This document shows positions 1-5,913 of a DNA stretch of 5,913 nucleotides, one piece after another. Origin of the DNA: Trichoplax adhaerens (lineage: Eukaryota > Animalia > Placozoa). Position 1 is the stretch's first letter. Every line of letters starts with the position of its first letter. The stretch covers positions 4,072 to 9,984 of the forward strand of contig NW_002061107.1 in the NCBI RefSeq assembly GCF_000150275.1. Reading direction: 5' to 3'. The notes under the pieces were generated by a model. It searched no databases and was not told where the DNA came from. It saw only the letters and a list, made by a program, of their open reading frames with translations. The position numbers and the translations under genes are program-made.

Positions 1-2
1 AG

Positions 3-110
3 CGCATACTAACGCCTATTCTAGGTCTAACATGGCTGCTGGCTTTAATTCCGATTACAAAGCAAACCATTGTATTTACCTATCTCTCCGTCATATTAAA
101 TTCTTGCCAG
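3..110 (+). CDS. Adhesion/secretin-family (class B) GPCR, exon encoding TM6, ECL3 and most of TM7 (5' end lies outside the window)
   Basis: Frame from base 3 reads RILTPILGLTWLLALIPITKQTIVFTYLSVILNSCQ. This matches the class B/adhesion GPCR motifs L.P.LG.TW (TM6) and F.Y.F..LNS.QG (TM7). It ends at a phase-0 donor CAG|GTAATA (111), directly after the Q of NS.QG. Confidence 0.93.
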
Positions 111-409
111 GTAATAATTTATGGATGTTACTTTTGAATAAAGTCGTATAATTGCCAATATATATGCAAGAAATACATACTAGATCTTTCGGGTCTCTTC
201 TCTATCATACTGGTATAATCTATAAAGTAGAATAAGTAAGGATTTTTCAATAGTGCTCACTGTTCGTACTAATTATTTTGCATGATCAAACCTTTGATTC
301 ATAGTCTTCGATGTATTTTCTATATCAGCGTATTACAAATATTTTACCTTATTAAAATTCTTTCTGATCATTTTCAATATCTGTATAATTCTTTATTTGC
401 TGTTTGCAG

Positions 410-451
410 GGTATTACTATCTTCGTGTTCCATTGCGTTTTAAGTAGTGAG
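410..451 (+). CDS. GPCR exon: end of TM7 (GITIFVFHCVLSSE)
   Basis: Acceptor tttgctgtttgcag|G at 409/410 and donor GAG|GTAAAA at 452. Joined to the previous exon it gives NSCQ-GITIFVFHCVLSSE, matching the family consensus NS.QG..IF.FHC....EV. Intron 111-409 is 299 nt. Confidence 0.93.
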
Positions 452-635
452 GTAAAATTAAAAATTTTTAACAATAATAAGCTATTACAACTGGCTTTTG
501 AAGTATGAAGACGCAATATATCAGAACAAATTATCGGATATTAGAAGAATGAATTTTGTTTTTTGACGACTGTACTACACAACCAGAGAGTATGATCAAT
601 TATTAAGTGGGAAACTGAAATATATTGTCTAACAG

Positions 636-695
636 GTTCGTCAGAAATATACGCTTTTAATATCAAGACGAAGTGCCATACAATCTTCGAATAAG
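636..695 (+). CDS. GPCR exon: helix 8 / start of cytoplasmic tail (VRQKYTLLISRRSAIQSSNK), copy 1
   Basis: Acceptor attgtctaacag|GTT and donor AAG|GTAAAT (696). Splicing completes the conserved E-VR..Y helix-8 motif. Phase 0 at both ends. Confidence 0.85.
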
Positions 696-837
696 GTAAA
701 TAGTATAAGGATAAGGTTGATTCATTATTGTACATCAATTAAAAGTAGCGATATAACGTATAAAGCGAAATAATTATATAATAAATTTTTTTAATGTTAT
801 TATTGTGATTACCAAGCTCTTTTTCTTAAATACGTAG

Positions 838-895
838 GCTTCCTTATTTATTGAGGACAACGCAAACCTAAAAACTGATAATTCAGTAAAGAAAG
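838..895 (+). CDS. GPCR C-tail exon (ASLFIEDNANLKTDNSVKK), copy 1
   Basis: Pyrimidine tract and acceptor ctctttttcttaaatacgtag|GCT, open in phase 0. It ends either at the GC donor AAG|GCAAGT (896) or reads through to TAG at 928-930. No family motif is available to confirm it. Confidence 0.6.
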
Positions 896-1046
896 GCAAG
901 TCATTGTTCAAGCTATTGCATTTCTACTAGCAAATGATAATCGATGTTTAATCTCATTTATATCCTAGCAAGTATTATGATAAAATTTCTGCTTAATTAA
1001 TTTAACCGAGATAGAAAATAACAAAATGTACGTCATTATTACGTAG

Positions 1047-1075
1047 ATGATTTAAAAGTGGTACGGATAACATCG
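1047..1075 (+). CDS. GPCR C-tail short exon ((D)DLKVVRITS), copy 1
   Basis: Acceptor attattacgtag|AT and strong donor TCG|GTAAGC (1076). The phase-1 start fits the GC donor at 896. The single difference from copy 2 (TTA/TTG at 1054) is synonymous in this frame. Confidence 0.55.
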
Positions 1076-1101
1076 GTAAGCTTGTATTGCACTAGCTGAA
1101 A

Positions 1102-1151
1102 NNNNNNNNNNNNNNNNNNNNNNNNNNNNNNNNNNNNNNNNNNNNNNNNNN
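1102..1151. other. Assembly gap (50 N)
   Basis: Run of exactly 50 N, most likely a placeholder gap of unknown true size. Confidence 0.99.
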
Positions 1152-1477
1152 ATAATGCAGTATATCGTGAAAAAAGGGAATTCTCCAACTTAGTGTTTAA
1201 CGTAAAATACGAGGCGTTTAAGTCTTTGTGTAGTCTGCTAGTAGAGCAAAAGTGTTTGTGATAATGTAGATATCGTTCCTTGATACGTGGTTCAAGGAAT
1301 TGACTTATTGATCGTATATTACGTTATCTTGCTGCAAAGCTGCTTTGTGACAACGCAATATATCAGAACAAATTGTCGGATATTAGAAGAATGAATTTTG
1401 TTTTTTGACGACTGTACTACACAACCAGAGAGTATGATCAATTAAAAAGTAGGAAACTGAAATATATTGTCTAACAG

Positions 1478-1537
1478 GTTCGTCAGAAATATACGCTTTT
1501 AATATCAAGGCGAAGTGCCGTACAATCTTCGAATAAG
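1478..1537 (+). CDS. GPCR helix-8 exon, copy 2 (VRQKYTLLISRRSAVQSSNK)
   Basis: Same splice sites as 636-695. One synonymous change (AGA>AGG) and one conservative change (I>V). Confidence 0.75.
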
Positions 1538-1680
1538 GTAAATAGTATAAGGATAAGGTTGATTCATTATTGTACATCAATTAAATGTAGCGATATAAAC
1601 GTTTGAAGCGAATTAATTATATAATAAATTTTTTTAATGTTATTATTGTGATTACCAAGCTCTTTTTCTTAAATACGAAG

Positions 1681-1738
1681 GCTTCCTTATTTATTGAGGA
1701 CAACGCAAACCTAAAAACTGATAATTCAGTAAAGAAAG
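1681..1738 (+). CDS. GPCR C-tail exon, copy 2
   Basis: Identical to 838-895, but the acceptor is tacgAAG rather than tacgTAG. The GC donor is retained at 1739. Confidence 0.5.
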
Positions 1739-1889
1739 GCAAGTCATTGTTCAAGCTATTGCATTTCTACTAGCAAATGATAATCGATGTTTAATCTCAT
1801 TTATGTCCTAGCAAGTATTATGATAAAATTACTGCTTAATTAATTTAACCGAGATAGAAAATAACAAAATATACGTCATTATTACGTAG

Positions 1890-1918
1890 ATGATTTGAAA
1901 GTGGTACGGATAACATCG
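1890..1918 (+). CDS. GPCR C-tail short exon, copy 2
   Basis: Equivalent of 1047-1075, with donor TCG|GTAAGC at 1919. Confidence 0.5.
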
Positions 1919-2076
1919 GTAAGCTTGTATTGCACTAGCCGAAAAATATTCTTAGTAAAAGGTTCCATCAATAATATTGCGAAAATCATATAGACATGTT
2001 AGCTTTGTTTGATACTTATTAGCTTATTTGCTTATATCCCTCTCTCCGACTATGTATATAAAATATTTATGAACAG

Positions 2077-2127
2077 TCCAGATCTCTGACCAACCACAAA
2101 GAAAATTATATTAATCACCCTAACTAA
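2077..2127 (+). CDS. Candidate terminal GPCR exon (SRSLTNHKENYINHPN*)
   Basis: Acceptor tttatgaacag|TCC, phase 0, stop TAA at 2125-2127. An alternative acceptor 5 nt downstream (gtccag|ATC, 2082) would give ISDQPQRKLY*. The two cannot be distinguished from sequence alone. Confidence 0.35.
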   Translation, partial: SRSLTNHKENYINHPN

Positions 2128-2559
2128 AGAGCTTTCGCGAAACAAAGAGAGAAGCTAGATTTTGTTTATTGTCACGGTAGTGAATCTACCGTAATGAATG
2201 ATATCTTACTTAATTTAGACATGTATATGTATCACGATAAGATAGTTATTGATTTGGATATGTGCATGAATTATTTTATGACTTAATATAGCCGATACAA
2301 ACCTATTCCTGATACAGGTTAAATTATACTAAATATAGTATATGAATTGTCAATGGTAAATTTAATATAAATCCTGTTAATTATAAGCTAGAGCAAATAT
2401 AAAGTTAATCTATAGTAATATTACAAATTAATTGGATTAGACTAGCAGTAATTTAATGCATTCACGAAGTCTTATTGGTCGAAATATATCACACATCGTA
2501 AGCCGGTTTTATGGCTAGAAAAGCTATTTAAATGATTGATTTTGAATATTAAATTAGAC

Positions 2560-2766
2560 TTGTGTAATGTAACTTAGTATTGTGATTGTAGACTGTTTGC
2601 CATGTGTAGTATAATGTACGGTAGATATTTATCCTAAGAGATATTTGGTAGCTATAACTATAGACTGTAGTGGTAGAGACTCTATGCTAGAGTACAGATG
2701 ACTATATACAGTAAGCTGTTGAGTTACTAATATGGCTATAAGTAAAAATAGAACTGTAAATCAGAC
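2560..2766 (+). repeat. Diverged direct repeat A
   Basis: Aligns with 5662-5913, e.g. ttgtgtaatgtaacttagtattgtgattgtagac vs ttgtgtaaagcaactcagtgttgcgattatagac, and agactctatgctagagtacagatgacta vs agactctatgctaaagtacagattacta. Roughly 75-80% identity by eye. Confidence 0.9.
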
Positions 2767-3838
2767 ATTAGGATATGGTTAATTCATTGTACTTTGGCTG
2801 GTGTGAATAATGTCTACGTAAGTACTGTAGTCGTATCCATATTGGATTAATGATGGTCCGCAGTAGAATAGTCTTACTAAGAATAATTTAACTATGTGTA
2901 AAATAAGGTAAAAGGTTGCCATGCGGATTGTAGCTGCGAATGCTACGAAAAGTATAAAAGCATGCAACTTTAGATTATTCTGTTAGTTCGTTGTAGAAGT
3001 CTTTAGAAGTAGTATTCGGCTAAAGTAGAGCTGTGTGTAGTTGATCTTTGCATAAGATTCAATAAAGCCCTTATTTTTCTAAAATTTGGAATTTCGTGAT
3101 TGGTATATATCACAACTTGCATTTTCTAGAATAAAGATATAGTTAGAAGAATCAGAAAGTGCATTTCTCAGATATTGTTACTTATCTAGGGTAATCTAAT
3201 TAGTTTAGATTAGGCAAGTGTAGTTAAGTAACAGTTTACAATACTTTAAATGAATAAAACTAAGTAAGTTGGCTATTACCTTTAATATTATTGTCTGCAA
3301 GGATTCAATATGTTTGGTATTTTATGGCACTGATTTATTTCATACGGTAGCTGTTTCATAAACTGTAGTTTATAACATCCTATAGGATCAAGTAGAATTA
3401 ACCTTGCAGATACTTTCAGCTAAATTATTGTATATGTATTATGGTGTATATGTGACTCCATGCTAATTACATTTTTAATGACAAATGATAAGCTAATGGA
3501 GATTGTAATAATTTAAAAAGTATGGACAGAAAATAGATTAATAAAAAATAGATGCAATTTTTTGCAACAATCGCAGCACACTCTATTTGATAGTCATAAT
3601 AGATAAACGCTAATGCGAGACTTGAAAGCTGAAAATGCTATCGGATAATAATTGAAATATATAGAAATCTATCGTATCTCATTTGCAAGAAATATTTTGA
3701 TAATTAATTTATTTGATGTCAAACAATTTTCTTGCAGACATAATTGTCTAAGCTGCGATGGTGCAAAGCTAGAAGAATTATTGCTTCATTATGAAAAGGC
3801 TATTTAGACTATAAACCGGATAATTTAACGCACACACT

Positions 3839-3982
3839 TTACCGCATTGTATTAATTTTACGCTGCATAGGATTGAATGCTGTAAATATTTAGTCCACCC
3901 TTGTTGTATTAAAACAGGTACATTACAGCATTAGTTTAATTTTACGGTGTATAGGATTGAACACTGCAAAGTATTTAATTCA
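3839..3982 (+). repeat. Imperfect local duplication, ~60-bp units 84 bp apart
   Basis: 3839-3897 ttaccgcattgtattaattttacgctgcataggattgaatgctgtaaatatttagtcca vs 3923-3982 ttacagcattagtttaattttacggtgtataggattgaacactgcaaagtatttaattca. Confidence 0.85.
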
Positions 3983-4841
3983 AGTCCATAATATCAAATT
4001 CATATTGACATTGTTTTCATCCTATACTACACATTGCACAGAAATAAATTGTCTACGTTAAATTGTCCTAGACCTAGATGGACCAAGTCCTAGCGTATAC
4101 GATCAGAAACTTCTTCGTAGAATGGTACTTTACCACATAATGTCGGGTTGTCATGCATTACGTTTCTTGATGTAACTTATAAAATGGTACATATACTCGT
4201 ATGTAACAACGAGAGTATTGTAATCGACGTACAAATTACTTTTCCTACAGGATATCGTAGATATCGACAAGAAATAGTTATAGTTATTTTAAGCTTCATG
4301 ATAACGTATTAATGTAGTAGACATGCACAATCATTATTCCATTACTAATCTACATAAAATATCCAACTTAATGAAAATAGTAATTGCAAATAATTAATTT
4401 TGACCAGAATAATTCATCATGGGCAATTAAATAATCATTTATACATCTATCTTTAAGGAGGCATGCTCGCACCTTATTTGAATATCATGGAGCTTATTAT
4501 GCAATTTAAAATAAGGTGATATGTACTAAATGTTTACCAGGGTGGAAAATCTTCCTAAATTTCCGATTAGTTATGGATTATATACCAGCATTCTTGCAAA
4601 CATAGACATGTTTATGTATCTATATGCACGACTTTATTGACTTACCAAGCATGATAATATTTTTCAATTCATAGCTAGTTGTATTATGAATACGAGTATA
4701 CAATTACATTTCTTATACTTGCCAAACCCATCTTTTCGCTGAAAAAATCCGGCAAGCTTTACATGATCTTCGATACAATCATCGATTGCAATCTAGTGTC
4801 CAGTATTTGATCTTCTTCGATAAAGAATATTCCAATTGTAT

Positions 4842-5620
4842 AAAGCCCTGAAAATATGAGGTGAAACTTGAGGTACCTTCTATCTTGATTATTATTCAAG
4901 TGCTAATAACTTAGTGCATAGACGTAATTTATCTCATTTGTCGATATCAGGGGCGAAAAGCTTTATCTTAAATCACTATTTACTTTGATTTAAAATGAAT
5001 TACAGTGAAGCTTTATCTGGATAGATATGTTGGTTAATACTTTAGTCAATCAATCAAAAACCAATTAAAAAGTTTAATAGAATTTTGGGAAATACTTTAG
5101 ACAATCATGTTTAAAATTTAAAAAATGTTGGTCTGATCCATTTTGCAAATGTAGAGAATATTAACACACTAGTAATCGAATACTATTGAACTTCCCTAAT
5201 CATCTTTTAGTTATAGTTATGTACGATGCTACGATACACTTATAAGACTGTACGTTGAATACGATGTATTACTATATATAGCATTAATACAATTATATTG
5301 CTATTGTGTGTTTACTTAATTTCGATATTACCTGAATTTGGTAAAGTACAAACTTGCTATTATCACATGTTGCATAATAATAATCGTGATTGATTATTTA
5401 TAGTATTCTACACAAATAATATTCTACACTTGATAATTCAGCATGTTAATGTGGATTGTGTTGCGTACACTAAGGAATCTACTGTTGCACAAACTTGCAA
5501 TAGCATTGCGTTATAAGTGTGAACGGCGTACGTATATAAACCGCCGTTTTCAATACGATAAAGAGAGAATAGGAGTTAGAAGTAATTTTTACAAAAGCTT
5601 CAACTATATGTTCATTTTCT
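4842..5620 (+). pseudogene. Decayed TPR-array gene (kinesin-light-chain/NPHP3-like TPRs)
   Basis: Successive + strand fragments fit the TPR consensus (KAL.IR...LG..HP.VA.S.NNLG.VY...G.Y.EAL.YY.KSL): KALKI*GET*GTFYLDYYSSANNL (4842-4913); TIYFDLK/NYSEALS (4975-5018, frameshifted); RILGNTLDNHV*NLKNVGLIHF...IEYY*TSLIIF (5079-5207, one frame); YNYIAIV (5288-5308); TVAQTCNSIAL* (5481-5516). Many stops and frameshifts. Confidence 0.6.
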
Positions 5621-5661
5621 TGACTTATGCTAATTGAGAATAGTACGATCCTTGAATACGG

Positions 5662-5913
5662 TTGTGTAAAGCAACTCAGTGTTGCGATTATAGACTTATA
5701 GCCATGTTTAGTATGACGTACAGTAGTCTTTTCTTATATTGGGAAAATTAACGATATGTCCCTATATTCTATATTTTTATCTTATGATATATTTAGTAGC
5801 CCATAATTATAAACTTTAGGGATAGACTCTATGCTAAAGTACAGATTACTACATACAGTAAAATTTTGAGCTACTAATAAGGTTACAGTTAGAAATGGAA
5901 TTGTAAATCATAT
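5662..5913 (+). repeat. Diverged direct repeat B (runs off the window end; ~46-nt extra segment at 5727-5772)
   Basis: Collinear with 2560-2766 apart from the ~46-nt indel. It encodes TPR-like VAHNYKL*G/LYAKV (5796-5841). Confidence 0.9.

Larger units (their letters stand above)
511..1101 (+). repeat. Direct repeat copy 1 (~590 bp, contains three GPCR tail exons)
   Basis: Aligns to 1353-1944. By manual count there are 16 substitutions and one 1-nt indel (~97% identity). It ends at the gap. Confidence 0.97.
1353..1944 (+). repeat. Direct repeat copy 2 (~590 bp)
   Basis: Starts acgcaatatatcagaac, as at 511. The upstream 1152-1352 does not align with 310-510. Confidence 0.97.
2200..4841 (+). 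pseudogene. Probable further decayed TPR-like coding remnants (boundaries uncertain)
   Basis: Weaker fragments: VAITIDCSGR/LYARV (2648-2694); NNLTMC (2882-2899); ECYEK (2938-2952); LEESESAFLRYCYLSR (3143-3190); AENAIG/HNCLSCDGAKLEELLLHYEKAI (3628-3804); EYEYTITFLILAKPIF (~4688-4735). Each is individually weak, but all lie on the + strand. Confidence 0.33.

Noticed and set aside
541-738. 65-aa minus-strand ORF, and its copy at 1383-1580
   Set aside because: It lies antisense to the GPCR helix-8 exon and flanking introns and has no motif. Its recurrence simply reflects the 97%-identical duplication.
1962-2012. Alternative terminal exon VPSIILRKSYRHVSFV*, ending in a PDZ-type S-x-V motif
   Set aside because: It would need a 43-nt intron with a purine-rich acceptor (gtaaaag), which is poorly supported without transcript data.
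2779-2967. 62-aa hydrophobic minus-strand ORF
   Set aside because: No recognisable family. Hydrophobicity is expected from AT-rich DNA, and TPR-like relics lie on the opposite strand.
3192-3212. Hairpin taatctaa-ttagt-ttagatta as a terminator
   Set aside because: AT-rich stem with no U-tract, and bacterial terminators are irrelevant in eukaryotic DNA.
3302-3361. DSICLVFYGTDLFHTVAVS, resembling the EMC1 C-terminal region
   Set aside because: The match needs gaps and the upstream sequence does not match, so it is likely chance.
3616-3636. RDLKAEN, resembling the kinase catalytic loop HRDLKxEN
   Set aside because: It is preceded by M rather than H, and no DFG, APE or VAIK motifs are nearby.
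3130-3807. TAA/TAG-to-Gln recoding as an explanation for the in-frame stops
   Set aside because: The wider region also has TGA stops, frameshifts and a broken donor. C>T nonsense changes are the ordinary route of pseudogene decay.
3839-3982. CRISPR-like repeat-spacer arrangement
   Set aside because: Only two long, diverged units, with no cas genes.
4081-4174. PSVYDQKLLRRMVLYHIMSG, resembling an IS1182-type transposase N-terminus
   Set aside because: Vague similarity only, not extendable, and at odds with the eukaryotic context.
4531-4554. Minus-strand EDFPPW*T, resembling the IS5-family transposase motif DFPPWQT
   Set aside because: Isolated short match with no DDE region or inverted repeats, in a eukaryotic context.
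5443-5637. 64-aa plus-strand ORF as an intact gene
   Set aside because: It is a chance open stretch within the decayed TPR region. The best TPR-like fragment there (TVAQTCNSIAL) is in a different frame.

Overview
This is AT-rich eukaryotic (most likely animal) genomic DNA with short spliceosomal introns, which is why the ORF track shows nothing meaningful. (1) Bases 1 to ~2127 (+) hold the 3' end of an intron-containing adhesion/secretin-family (class B, 7tm_2-like) GPCR gene. Spliced, it reads RILTPILGLTWLLALIPITKQTIVFTYLSVILNSCQ/GITIFVFHCVLSSE/VRQKYTLLISRRSAIQSSNK/ASLFIEDNANLKTDNSVKKD/DLKVVRITS/..., i.e. TM6, TM7, helix 8 and the cytoplasmic tail. One tail intron probably uses a GC donor. 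(2) A ~590-bp block carrying three tail exons occurs twice (511-1101 and 1353-1944, about 97% identical), on either side of a 50-N gap. It is either two uncollapsed haplotypes or a frame-preserving exon duplication. (3) From ~2200 to the end, the + strand carries heavily decayed tetratricopeptide-repeat (TPR; kinesin-light-chain/NPHP3-like) coding remnants, clearest at 4842-5620. A diverged ~200-bp repeat (2560-2766 vs 5662-5913) suggests tandem pseudogene copies. A placozoan (Trichoplax-like) source is plausible but is inference only. I found no evidence of a prokaryotic system, CRISPR array, RNA gene or intact mobile element.
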